Source: Opitutales bacterium
GTDB lineage: Bacteria > Verrucomicrobiota > Verrucomicrobiia > Opitutales > UBA2987
DNA: 64,000 nt
Assembly: GCA_965226885.1 (NCBI GenBank)
Contig: CBDDEL010000017.1
Span: 640,001 to 704,000, forward strand
Direction: 5' to 3'
The notes beneath the pieces were generated by a model. It worked only from the letters and a program-made list of their open reading frames with translations, had not been told where the DNA came from and made no database searches. Below are positions 9,658 to 20,609 of the stretch, piece after piece. How positions within the stretch are numbered: position 1 is the stretch's first letter; each line of letters begins with the position of its first letter. The translations under genes and the position numbers were made by a program.

Positions 9658-10316
9658 GAGGATAGGATTGAACCGGCAATTCGCCTGGGAGCAAGATGTA
9701 AAATGGCGTCTGAAAAATCGCGTTTGGCAATTCGGTTCAACAGTTTCCTGTGAACACGCCGATAGGCCGACTCCAATGCGGCGGGATCAATTTTTCCTGA
9801 TTTTCCTTCTTCCTGGCAGACGGCCACAGGAGGTCCGATTTCGATGAATACCTCGGGCCGGGTCCATTTGCCAAAGACGATTTTCTTAGCCATTGGCAGG
9901 GCGGTGTATTGGGAATTTTCAAGAAAAACAGCCATTTCTGAGCTAAGTCCAAAATCGTGTTCTACGTTTCGGTTGGAGTTGGAAAAGTTACTGCAATTAA
10001 TGAAAATAGTAGGCTGGCAAGCTCCCAAGCCCTTCCCGTAATCTCTTTTAGGGTCCAACAAAATAGTATTGAGCATTCTTCTCGATTTAAGAGAAAATAT
10101 CGGGTCCAGGCGGTACCGCTCGATGACCGGAACTTCTAAAATCCGATCCCACCAGGAATGCGGGCCGCAAAAAAACAGGATCGGGCGATTCTCTGGATCC
10201 CTCAAATACCCGTCCGGCGCCCACAAGCGAATGCTTTGCAAATATCGTTTGAATAAACTATATTCCAAAAAATATAACCGACGCTCGGAAAAAAAACGAT
10301 TTCTCAACCTTATCAT
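9654..10316 (-). CDS. Divergent acyltransferase-like (PlsC-fold) protein
   Basis: RPILFFCGPHSWWD resembles the NHxSWWD motif; RPEVFIEIG near the C-terminus; 4-nt overlap with recR. Confidence 0.5.
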   Translation of the reverse strand: MIRLRNRFFSERRLYFLEYSLFKRYLQSIRLWAPDGYLRDPENRPILFFCGPHSWWDRILEVPVIERYRLDPIFSLKSRRMLNTILLDPKRDYGKGLGACQPTIFINCSNFSNSNRNVEHDFGLSSEMAVFLENSQYTALPMAKKIVFGKWTRPEVFIEIGPPVAVCQEEGKSGKIDPAALESAYRRVHRKLLNRIAKRDFSDAILHLAPRRIAGSILSS

Positions 10317-10369
10317 TATCGAAAATTAACAGAACGAAATTTGTGTTCATTTAAAAGTTTTGAAAAACC

Positions 10370-11290
10370 ATGACAGCAGACCCCGTTAATATCGCCGAGG
10401 TATCGGACTACTTAATACAACTGCAGGAAAAGATCCTCTCTGCGGTAAGCCATATGGATAGCGGAGTCGTCGTGAAAAAAGATCGCTGGGAACGTCCCGA
10501 GGGAGGAGGGGGCCGCACGATAGCCTTTGAAGGAGGAAAGTTATTTGAAAAGGGAGGCGTGAATTTTTCCGATGTCTGCGGCAGCCAACTTCCTCCTTCG
10601 GCCACGGCGGGCCAGCCGGAACTGGCCGGAGCAGGATTTCGGGCTTTGGGAGTATCGGTGGTCTTTCATCCTTTAAATCCTTACGTTCCCACAACTCATA
10701 TGAATGTGCGGTTTTTTGCCGCCACGGGTGAGAAAAGCGAAAATAAAAATATTTGGTGGTTTGGCGGGGGGTTTGACCTGACTCCCTATTACCCGTCGGC
10801 AGAAGATGCCGTTCATTGGCACACGACCGCGCGCCGGGCCTGCCAACCGTTCGGGAGCGAACTCTATCCGAGGTTCAAAAAATGGTGTGACCGTTATTTT
10901 TATCTCAAGCACCGTCAGGAATGCCGGGGAATCGGCGGCTTGTTTTTCGATGATTTTAACGAGTTCGGTTTCGATAAATCATTCGGCTTCATGAAGAGTG
11001 TGGCCGATCATTTCCTGCCCGCCTATCTACCCATTGTAGAGCGCCGCAAAGACACCCCATTCACCGGACAGGAGCGCAATTTTCAATTATACCGGCGAGG
11101 ACGTTATGTGGAGTTCAACCTGGTTTACGACCGGGGGACTCTGTTCGGTTTACAGTCGGGTGGGCGCACGGAATCCATACTCATGTCGCTACCGCCTGTC
11201 GTACATTGGATATACGATTGGAAACCGGATGAAGGCAGCCAGGAAGAGCGATTGCACAAAGACTTTCTCCAGCCGAGAGACTGGGTTTAA
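10370..11290 (+). CDS. hemF: Oxygen-dependent coproporphyrinogen III oxidase
   Basis: [44 protein letters not shown] and [11 protein letters not shown] motifs. Confidence 0.97.
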   Translation: MTADPVNIAEVSDYLIQLQEKILSAVSHMDSGVVVKKDRWERPEGGGGRTIAFEGGKLFEKGGVNFSDVCGSQLPPSATAGQPELAGAGFRALGVSVVFHPLNPYVPTTHMNVRFFAATGEKSENKNIWWFGGGFDLTPYYPSAEDAVHWHTTARRACQPFGSELYPRFKKWCDRYFYLKHRQECRGIGGLFFDDFNEFGFDKSFGFMKSVADHFLPAYLPIVERRKDTPFTGQERNFQLYRRGRYVEFNLVYDRGTLFGLQSGGRTESILMSLPPVVHWIYDWKPDEGSQEERLHKDFLQPRDWV

Positions 11291-11317
11291 AGCCAATCAG
11301 GCCACGCCAATTCGGAT

Positions 11318-13615
11318 TTATCGATTGGCAAAACGCAGGATGCCCTCTTTCAGACTCTCCGGATCGAGGTGCGATTCCGCCACGATTTCATCCAGGCTCC
11401 CCCCGGTGCGCCAACGGTTGTCGTAATCCGGCGTAATGGCATAACCCTCAAGTTCCCGATTTAAAATCCAGTCCCGCACGTTGCGCCGGGCCTGGGTGGC
11501 GGCAATGAATGAATTGTTCCATTCACTAAGGGGAAGAACCCTGTTGCGGTATTCCTCGTTTTGACGGGAAAAAAGCTCAAAGGATACGCAGCAGACTATT
11601 TTTATGTTGGGGCCTTCCTCGGCCAGCCAGGGAATGATTTTTACCGTGTTGGCAACAACGCTGGTACCCTGCACAAGCATAACGCCCGCTCTAGGCCGAT
11701 CGTCGAACGGGCGCAGCACATAGGCGCCCTTGGCGGCCATCATGTAGGAATCCATGCCAAGAGCTTCCCGGTCCGGTATTTCCACCGGCGGGCGCGTCAG
11801 GTGCAGGGCGACGATAGGCACATCGGTGGCCAAAGCGGCCCCCAGGGCGGGCGCGACTTCGTTATGTTCCCAAGGATGCAGGTTGATGATGTGCCCATCG
11901 GGAAACAGTTGAGTTACGCCCGGGGAAAAGATGCCGAAATGAGTTCTCGAATCCTCCGCCGTTTCCGGCCCGGAGTGACCAGCCACCCAGATGACGCGGC
12001 CGGTTTTTAAATTACAATCCTGCGCCAATTGGGAAAAGAGCCGCATGAGGCCGTATTTGAGGTAGGAAAAAGACCCATAGGTGGAACAGGAACTGATAAA
12101 ACCCGCGTATTTGTTCTCACCATCCGAAGCGAAATTGACGGCTGCCAAACCGGCGCAAATGCCGGAGTTGGAAAACTCGGTTATTTGCTGAGGCAGGAGT
12201 GCACCGGTCGGATTGTTGTCGCGATGATACCACCCGGTGCCTTTGTTTTCGCCAAAATCTTTCATAAAACCAGCGATATTGGTCGATTCGGCCAGATCGG
12301 CCGACATGGCAATGACCAGGGGCCGCCCATATTCTTTGAGGGCGTAGGAATTGAACCAGGCGCCGAATTTTTCAAACCCTAGGCGGTTGGGAACCTTTGC
12401 TCCCGGTTGGGCGAACATTGCTTGAGGATAGTTTTCCACATCGGTAAAAGTTTTATCTTCGGCCAGCAGGTCCTTGCCCATATCCACATGCATGCTTTCA
12501 ATTTTTTCCGGGACAGCTTGACCAATTTGAACCAATCGATCAGTCATCCATTCGACCAGTTGGCGGTCGCCGGCCATGGCCTGGCAAACGGTTTCGAGAT
12601 GGCTGCGGGCCTGCTCGGTGGCTTTATCGGCACCCGGATCACCCTCCCCGAACCCTTCGAAAGTCACCCCGTAGGCTTCTTGAAATTCCGCCTTGGTTTT
12701 CCAGAAAAGCTCACTGTTGCGTTTGTGGGCCGCCCCGTGCGATGCGTAGCCGGTCACTCCGTAACCGCGGCCTTTAATGGTCTTGAACCAGGTGCAGCGG
12801 GGTGCGTTTTGAGGATTTTCTCCAAACAGGTTTTCATAAAGAGCGGGCACAACTTCGGAAAATTCACTTCCATTTTCGGTTCCATCGACCTTGAAACCGT
12901 AGGGTTTGAACCAGCTTTCGGGGTTGCCGTGAACCACCGAGGAGTGACGATTGACATCGATACCGTAATCGTTCCAGTCGAAAATATAAATGAGGTTGGA
13001 CAATCCCAGGCCGTAGGCGGAATTTTTGGTTTCATGATGGGTTCCCGCGCTGTGGCCGCCCTCCCCTTCGATTGCGAATACATTGACCTCCTCGCACCCG
13101 GCAAGTTTAAGGGCCACGGCTTCCCCGGCAGCGGCGGGCGCTCCATGCCCGGAGGGGCCAGTGTTGAATTTGACGAAGAGTGATTTGCCCTCGAATTCGG
13201 CGTGTCCTGGCAATCCTTTATTGTACCGCAGGGTCAAAAGATCCTCCGGCAGCAAAATGCGGTCCGGGCCGCCTTGAATAAGAAATCGATCATCCCCGGT
13301 CCACTCATGGCGCAATTTCATGGCATAGTTGACGACTGCCAGGGAGCCATAAACCAGAGGAATACAGTGTCCGGCCACCAACACATAGCGGTCGGCCAGC
13401 GGCGCCACCGGGTTGCGCACATCCCAACGCATGGCCCCGGTCAGCATCATGGCGACCATTTGGTGCGCTTTGGAGCGGGGACCGCCGGGGTGGCCGCTCT
13501 GCCGGTGGTTCAGCATGATATCGATAAATTGATCGAGAAAGAGGCGGACTTTGTCCATCCGATCATATTCGTTAACAAGGGTTTCCAGTGGAATGATGGG
13601 TTTGTTTCTGCTCAT
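11318..13615 (-). CDS. Transketolase-family protein (atypical)
   Basis: SGHPGG, LPGHAE, NTGPSGHG, TIKGRG, SADLAEST and HSGPETAEDSRTH motifs. Confidence 0.85.
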   Translation of the reverse strand: MSRNKPIIPLETLVNEYDRMDKVRLFLDQFIDIMLNHRQSGHPGGPRSKAHQMVAMMLTGAMRWDVRNPVAPLADRYVLVAGHCIPLVYGSLAVVNYAMKLRHEWTGDDRFLIQGGPDRILLPEDLLTLRYNKGLPGHAEFEGKSLFVKFNTGPSGHGAPAAAGEAVALKLAGCEEVNVFAIEGEGGHSAGTHHETKNSAYGLGLSNLIYIFDWNDYGIDVNRHSSVVHGNPESWFKPYGFKVDGTENGSEFSEVVPALYENLFGENPQNAPRCTWFKTIKGRGYGVTGYASHGAAHKRNSELFWKTKAEFQEAYGVTFEGFGEGDPGADKATEQARSHLETVCQAMAGDRQLVEWMTDRLVQIGQAVPEKIESMHVDMGKDLLAEDKTFTDVENYPQAMFAQPGAKVPNRLGFEKFGAWFNSYALKEYGRPLVIAMSADLAESTNIAGFMKDFGENKGTGWYHRDNNPTGALLPQQITEFSNSGICAGLAAVNFASDGENKYAGFISSCSTYGSFSYLKYGLMRLFSQLAQDCNLKTGRVIWVAGHSGPETAEDSRTHFGIFSPGVTQLFPDGHIINLHPWEHNEVAPALGAALATDVPIVALHLTRPPVEIPDREALGMDSYMMAAKGAYVLRPFDDRPRAGVMLVQGTSVVANTVKIIPWLAEEGPNIKIVCCVSFELFSRQNEEYRNRVLPLSEWNNSFIAATQARRNVRDWILNRELEGYAITPDYDNRWRTGGSLDEIVAESHLDPESLKEGILRFANR

Positions 13616-13840
13616 GGATAATGGCTTCAGTCTATATGAATTAAATAATGCAATACCTCAAAAATTTTTAAAAGAGGCCAGTATGGGCAGGTCGCGGAGC
13701 TAGTAAAGGGAAAATCCACCCCAAAAAGCTCTTAATGGCAGGATTTAGTAAGTGGGGTAATTTTGGTCAAAATTAGAAAAATCATCATAAAGTCCGAAAA
13801 TAGCCAGCATTGGTGGTGAAAATCCTGTATATTAGGATCC

Positions 13841-15325
13841 ATGAAACTGGAACACGATTGGTGTTATAACGCTTTAAAAAGCCGGGATGTTCGCTTTGAC
13901 GCGCGATTTTCTACCGGCGTTATAACCACCGGAGTCTATTGCCGCCCGATTTGTCCCGCCCTTACTCCACAATCCCAAAACGTCAGATTTTACCCCACCG
14001 CAGCCGCCGCTGAGGATGCCGGTTTCCGCCCCTGTTTGCGCTGCCGGCCCGAGTCCTCACCCGGTACGCCGGAATGGATCGGCTCCTCTTCCATCGTGTC
14101 GCGGGCCCTGCGCCTTATTTCCGAGGGGACACTGGATGAATTCGGGGTGGACGGCCTGGCCGGCCGCCTGCATGTCGGCAGTCGGCATTTGCGGCGTCTA
14201 TTTGTCGAGCATATAGGCGCCTCGCCGATGGCGGTGGCTCAGAACCGGCGGATTGCCTTTGCCAGAAAATTGATCGATGAAACGAGACTCTCAATGGCGG
14301 AAATCGCTTTCAGCTCAGGGTTCGGCAGCATCCGGCGTTTCAACGATGCTTTTCGTAAAATGTATGGCAGGCCGCCGACATCGCTCCGGCGAACCGGATC
14401 AACCCAAACCGTTAAACAGGATAAAAACGGCAGCAACCTTAATTTGAAACTCTATTACCGGCCGCCCTACGACCACCGCTCCATTTTAGACTTCTTAAAA
14501 GCCCGCGCCGTGCCGGCAATGGAATCGGTGGCCGCAAACACTTATCGGCGGTCGATAAAAATCGGCCCGGCCTCGGGAATTTTGGAAGTTTCGCTTTTTC
14601 CCGAGAAGAACTTTTTGCGCTTAACCGTTCCCAATGTATTTTCACCATCCTTGATTCAGATCGTAGAAAAGGTGCGTCGGATTTTTGACCTCCGGGCGGA
14701 CACGGCCACCATCGGCGCAGTTCTCAAAAAAGACGCGCCTCTGGCCGGACTTGTGGAAAAAAGGCCGGGGCTTAGGGTGCCAGGGGCCTGGGATGAATTT
14801 GAGATAGCTGTCCGCACCATTCTCGGGCAGCAGGTGAGCGTTAAAGCGGCCAGAACGCTGTGCGGTCGCCTGGTGCGCCGATGGGGCGAACCTTTATCCA
14901 ATGGCGAAAATCGCGGCACAAGCGACATTCGTTATTCGTTCCCCCCTCCCGAGATTCTGGCTGAGGCCGATCTGAGCGGTCTGGGTCTCGTGCGAACCAG
15001 GGCTGCGGCCATCAACAGGCTGGCCACGGCCGTTTGTGAGGCCGAGGTTTCGCTGAAAACAGCCTCAGCCTTGGAGGAAGCCGTCGATGCATTGTCCGCC
15101 CTGCCCGGCATCGGGCCATGGACTTCGCAATACATCGCCATGCGCGCTTTAGGGGAAACCGATGCTTTTCCGGCCGGCGACCTAGGATTGCTGCAAGCGA
15201 TCAAAAAAATTGAAGGAACCGCCGTGACGGAAAAACAACTCGAAAAATGGGCGGAGTCCTGGCGCCCCTGGCGTGCCTATGCCGCTATGTATCTTTGGAA
15301 TAGTCTCGCATCTGAAAACGAATAA
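13841..15325 (+). CDS. alkA: Ada-type Zn/AraC regulator fused to DNA-3-methyladenine glycosylase II
   Basis: TTGVYCRPIC..FRPCLRCRP, AraC HTH, LGQQVSV, LPGIGPWT..D HhH-GPD and WRPWRAYA. Confidence 0.93.
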   Translation: MKLEHDWCYNALKSRDVRFDARFSTGVITTGVYCRPICPALTPQSQNVRFYPTAAAAEDAGFRPCLRCRPESSPGTPEWIGSSSIVSRALRLISEGTLDEFGVDGLAGRLHVGSRHLRRLFVEHIGASPMAVAQNRRIAFARKLIDETRLSMAEIAFSSGFGSIRRFNDAFRKMYGRPPTSLRRTGSTQTVKQDKNGSNLNLKLYYRPPYDHRSILDFLKARAVPAMESVAANTYRRSIKIGPASGILEVSLFPEKNFLRLTVPNVFSPSLIQIVEKVRRIFDLRADTATIGAVLKKDAPLAGLVEKRPGLRVPGAWDEFEIAVRTILGQQVSVKAARTLCGRLVRRWGEPLSNGENRGTSDIRYSFPPPEILAEADLSGLGLVRTRAAAINRLATAVCEAEVSLKTASALEEAVDALSALPGIGPWTSQYIAMRALGETDAFPAGDLGLLQAIKKIEGTAVTEKQLEKWAESWRPWRAYAAMYLWNSLASENE

Positions 15326-15369
15326 ACGCTTATAAAACCAGAAAATAAAGCGTGAAAAAAACGAAAACG

Positions 15370-15757
15370 CTCAGGCAAAAAAATTCAGTACGTCAGAGCG
15401 GCTATGCTTCGACAGTCTGTCTTCAGTCGCCTGGCAGGATACAAAGATACTACGGGAGAAACTCATCAAAATCGGAGCAAAGGTGATCCACCATGCCAAG
15501 TAGTTCACTTTCCAGATGGCTGAGTTGGCCATTCCCAGAGAAATGTTCCGAACCATGCTCAAGCGAGTAGAGCGACTGCGACAAGCGCCCGATACGGGGT
15601 GAGTAGGAAGATTTTTCGATACAAAAGGAACCAGTGCTGTGGAAACCTCCAACAGAAGGAAAGATTACCAAATCACAATGAAAGCAAAAAATTGGATCGA
15701 AATATTGGAAAGTAGCAATTTTCTACGATCATGAATGTTCATCTGGGAAATCTCGGT
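15370..15757 (+). pseudogene. Internally deleted remnant of a second, older IS1380-type element
   Basis: Hand translation gives AMLRQSVFSRLAGYKD (N-terminal motif) abutting LREKLIKIGAKVIHHAK*FTFQMAELAIPREMF (C-terminal motif). An IR-like end gggaaatctcgg lies near 15746-15757. Confidence 0.7.
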
Positions 15758-17128
15758 TCAGATCTGTTTCAGGAGAGGAAATAAATACGCTAAGAAATAC
15801 TATCAAAGAGAGCAAAATCAAACCGATCATGGCTAACCTGTCCTTGGTGCCACGACCGGAAAGCGCATCCTCAACAGAAAAGCAAATGGGGCCTTAACAT
15901 CGGTTGAGCAATGCGTTTAAGTAAACGCCTAGTGCTGCACCTCACACCGATTGATCTGCGAAGCTCAATCGCCATTTTTAGCCTCACCGGCTTTCCCCAA
16001 GGGAAAAAATTCACATCCGGCACGGAATAATATCCAAGGCAAACAGTTCTTTCTAGCCCGGATATTTCGTAAAAAAAGTATCGTTGATATGCTTAACTGC
16101 TGATATACAGCAGGATAGATCAATAATTAAAGCAATATCAGCGATGACAAAAGGTAAACAATTAAAGCTACAGTTGACAAGGGTAAAAGGCCGCCGTGTG
16201 CGGGTTGATTTCAAGGGCGGAGAGGTTACTTCGGATGCCGGACTGCTTTTGATCCGGGAAGTGGATCGGCAGTTGGGCTTGACCGAACGAGCGGCCCGAC
16301 AGTTAGTGGACAAACGGCAGAAGGGCAAAGTACGCCATGAGGTATTGGGGATGCTGCGGCAGCGCGTTTACGGGCTGGTGGCGGGCTATGAGGATTTGAA
16401 CGACTTTGATACCCTGCGCCACGATCCATTGTTGCAAACGGTAACGGGGCGCATTGAAACGTTGGCCAGCGCGCCGACTTTGTGTCGTTTTGAAAACGGG
16501 CAGGATCGGCGGGCGGCCTTTGCGGTAAACGAGCTGTTGGTCGAACAGTTCATGGGCTCCTTTGCCGAGGAACCCGAAGAGATCATCCTGGACTTTGACG
16601 CCACCGACAATCCGGTGCACGGGCTCCAGGAGGGACGTTTTTTCCACGGTTATTATGATCATTACTGTTTTCTGCCGCTATATGTTTTTTGCGGTGATCA
16701 GCTGCTGGTGGCCTACCTGCGGCCGAGCAAGATCGATGCCAGCAAGCATGCCGGGGCCATCCTCAAATTGCTGGTTAAACGGATTCGCCAAAGCTGGCCC
16801 CGTACGCGGATTATTTGGCGCGCCGACAGTGGATTTTGTCGAGACCGGATACTCTCTTGGTGCGACCGCAACGAAGTTAGTTACATCGTGGGGATGGCTC
16901 GCAATGCACGCTTGCAGCAAGACGCCCAGCAGTTGCAAAAGCAGGCCAAAGAATGGTTCGAACTAAGGGGTAAAAAACAACGGTTATTCCAGGACTTCGT
17001 CTATGCTGCCGATTCGTGGCGATGGCTGCGGTTGGTCATCCATAAAGCCGAACACACCGCACAGGGGTCCAACCCGCGCTTCGTGGTGACGAACCTGCCG
17101 GGCGATCCCCAGGAGCTTTACGACAAGG

Positions 17129-17930
17129 GGTAGTGTATTAAGTAGGAATGGTGGCTAATTCTTGATTATATTGATGAATGAAAAGTCTCAGACAGGTTTC
17201 ATGCATACTCTTAAGCTTGGAAAAGGAGAGGGTTTTGCGTGTGAAACGACCCAGTCGTTGGCGCAGGGTATTGTTCCATCGTTCCACATGGGCCGTTTCA
17301 CCGGTTTCTTTTCCCACGGATCGGTTATGAGGAAAGACTTCATCATAAGTGCTCCAAAAGTCGCTGTAGGTGGCACATCTTTTGTAGGCCCGTGGCAGAC
17401 GCTCGTAAAGTTCCCGGCAACGATACCAATCCCGAGGCCCAATGGCATAGGAGAGGATTTGACGGGTGCGTCGGCAAAGAGCGATCCAAACCCATTGGGC
17501 ATCGCTCTTGCGCCCCACAAAAGACCACAGTTCGTCCAGTTCAATGACATCATGGCGGCGGGCCGCAAGAATCGTGCTTTTGAGCGGTCGCAGCGATTGT
17601 CGTTTTTTTTAACCAACTCAAAACGGTGTTGGGACTCACCCCGAAGGCGCGCTGTAAACCGCGTAGACTGCTGCGTTCCTGATAGACTCGAAGGATCATT
17701 TCTTTTTGCTCTTCGGTGTATTTCACTGTGGGGTTTTCGCGGCTTTGTTTACCACAATCATGGCAGCGGTAGCGCTGTTTATGGTTGGGCGTCTTGCCAA
17801 ATTTAATGATATTTTCACTTCCACAGTGCCGACAATTAATAATTTTAGTAACCATGCACTAAGAATAAACTGCCTAACGCTATTTGTACAGCTAAAAATA
17901 CAAAATAACATTCTTTTTTTATACACTACC
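17129..17930 (-). mobile_element. IS1 copy 2
   Basis: ggtagtgtat IRs; 8-bp TSD cgacaagg at 17121-17128 and 17931-17938. Confidence 0.95.
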
Positions 17931-18096
17931 CGACAAGGTATACTGTGGCCGCGGTGAAATGGAGAACCGAATCAAGGAACAGATGCAATTGTTCAGCGAG
18001 CGCACCAGCGCCCATCAATGGTGGGCCAATCAGTGGCGATTGCTCTTGTCGGCGCTGGCCTACACGTCGGCGCTGGCCTACACCTTGATGGAAGCC

Positions 18097-20229
18097 GGTA
18101 GTGTATAAAAAAAGAATGTTATTTTGTATTTTTAGCTGTACAAATAGCGTTAGGCAGTTTATTCTTAGTGCATGGTTACTAAAATTATTAATTGTCGGCA
18201 CTGTGGAAGTGAAAATATCATTAAATTTGGCAAGACGCCCAACCATAAACAGCGCTACCGCTGCCATGATTGTGGTAAACAAAGCCGCGAAAACCCCACA
18301 GTGAAATACACCGAAGAGCAAAAAGAAATGATCCTTCGAGTCTATCAGGAACGCAGCAGTCTACGCGGTTTACAGCGCGCCTTCGGGGTGAGTCCCAACA
18401 CCGTTTTGAGTTGGTTAAAAAAAACGACAATCGCTGCGACCGCTCAAAAGCACGATTCTTGCGGCCCGCCGCCATGATGTCATTGAACTGGACGAACTGT
18501 GGTCTTTTGTGGGGCGCAAGAGCGATGCCCAATGGGTTTGGATCGCTCTTTGCCGACGCACCCGTCAAATCCTCTCCTATGCCATTGGGCCTCGGGATTG
18601 GTATCGTTGCCGGGAACTTTACGAGCGTCTGCCACGGGCCTACAAAAGAAGTGCCACCTACAGCGACTTTTGGAGCACTTATGATGAAGTCTTTCCTCAT
18701 AACCGATCTGACGTGTACTGGATTTGTTGGACACGGGATTCTCTTATATTCATTGTTTATTGATTAGTGTGTCAGGCGGCTTGTTTTGGTAAAGGGTTTT
18801 GTTTTCTCGTTGCCCCCCATGGGGGGCAAATATTTTCCTCGAATTGGACTGGGCTTTGGTAACTCAGAGAGGAATGTTTGCGATATCGGTTGTAGAAGAT
18901 TTCCACGTATTCGAAGACAGTTGATCGCAGTTCGCGCTCGTCGGCAAAGTGGCGGCCTCGAATCGTGCTGGTCTTGAAGCGGCCGTAGAACGATTCCATG
19001 GCCGCGTTGTCGTAGCAGTTGCCTTGGGCGCTCATGCTCGGCTTCATGCCTAGTTCAGAGACCAGCCTCTGATAGTCGTCGCTGGCGTAGGGGCTGCCCC
19101 GATCGCTGTGATGAATAATCCCGGTGCGCAGTGTGCCGCGGGTCATGGCCGCGGCTTTGAGGGCCTTGCCAACCAGCTTCGCGTCGTTGTGGTTGGAAAC
19201 GCTCCAGCCCAGCAGGCGTCGGCTGAACAGGTCCATCACCGTGGCCAAGTACATCCAACCGGCCAGGGTCCGTAGGTAGGTCGTGTCCGCCACCCAGACC
19301 TCGTCGATATGGGTCGGCTGGCCATGCTTTTTAAGCACATTGGGGCTGTAACCATAGGGATGGTTACTGTTGGTTTTTAATGGCTTAAAGCGTTTACTCT
19401 GGGTGCTTTTGATTCCCATTTCACGCATCAGACGCAGAGCCCGGTCACGGCCGCAATCGATGCCCTCATCATCCTTCAGATGGCGGTGCATTGGCCGATG
19501 CCCATAGCGGCCCTTGGCCTCTTTGTGTACCTTCAGGATCGCCCCCTTGATTCCCTCGTCCTCGATCCGCCGGGCCGAGGGCGCTCGGTGCCTCCAGCAG
19601 TAATAGCCACTGCGACAAATCCCCATCGCCGAGCATATTTCCTCGATCTTGAAGCGCCCCTCGTTGTCTTTGACAAACTGGTACTTCATTGTTCGTCCTT
19701 GGCAAAGTAGCCCACCGTTTTTTTTAGTATCTGGTTGATCCGCTCCGAGCGGCGCAGCTCTTTGCGAAGACGATCTATCTCGGCCGCCATCTCCTTCGGA
19801 CTGCTCTGTCGCTTTGAGGTGGCTTCGCCCTGCTGATCGTCCAGATAGAGCCTCTTCCACCTATACAATTGGTTGGTGTTGACCCCAAGTTTGGTCGATA
19901 CCTCGGTGGCGCTCAGACCATCGAGTATCATCAGTTGAACTGCCTCATTTTTGAACTCTATACTAAAGCGTCTTCTTCCCATGCTTCGATTCTCCATTTA
20001 GGAGAATCTCGTGTCCACTTTTTCCAGTGCACATCAATCCGTGGGAAAAGAAACCGGTGAAACGGCCCATGTGGAACGATGGAACAATACCCTGCGCCAA
20101 CGACTGGGTCGTTTCACACGCAAAACCCTCTCCTTTTCCAAGCTTAAGAGTATGCATGAAACCTGTCTGAGACTTTTCATTCATCAATATAATCAAGAAT
20201 TAGCCACCATTCCTACTTAATACACTACC
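18097..20229 (+). mobile_element. IS1 copy 3, insB interrupted by IS3
   Basis: 9-bp TSD atggaagcc at 18088-18096 and 20230-20238; insB split at HNRS|VGKETG. Confidence 0.95.
18709..20036 (-). mobile_element. IS3 copy 2 (orfA 19686-19997, orfB 18772-19689)
   Basis: Same IRs and proteins as 887-2214; 3-bp TSD atc at 18706-18708 and 20037-20039. Confidence 0.95.
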
Positions 20230-20609
20230 ATGGAAGCCATGCGCCGGTTAGCCTTAAAAGGGACGAAGTGGCCGCGGGCCCAATGCCACACCCTGCGGCT
20301 CAAATTAATCAAGATCGGAGCGGTCATCGTGCGCAACACCCGAACGATTCACTTTCACCTAAGTGAGAGTTATCCTTGGGCCAGTCTTTTCAACCATGCG
20401 GCCCGCCGATTGGTGCCAACCTAAAGGGTGCATTGGTGCTGCCCCCGGCACTACCGAACCAATGGGGGAAAGGGGGCAGTGTCTCTACACCCTGAAAAAC
20501 ACCTAAAAATCAAGACGATCTGCTCAAAATACAAAGAAATCCATCTCCAATAGCAATAACACGAGCCAGACTTTACCCTTCATGAAATATCCGGGCTAGA
20601 GGAAACAAA

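Larger units (their letters stand above)
16057..20595 (+). mobile_element. IS1380 copy 2, transposase disrupted by two IS1 insertions (one carrying IS3)
   Basis: CTAG TSD at 16053-16056 and 20596-20599. Length 4539 = 1567 + (802+8) + (2133+9) + 18 + 2. Confidence 0.95.

Noticed and set aside
5247..16056. Possible inversion between inverted IS1380 copies 1 and 2 (both with palindromic CTAG TSDs)
   Set aside because: TSDs cannot reveal it, but the ISNCY stop codon and its probable end continue across copy 1, which favours the unrearranged state.
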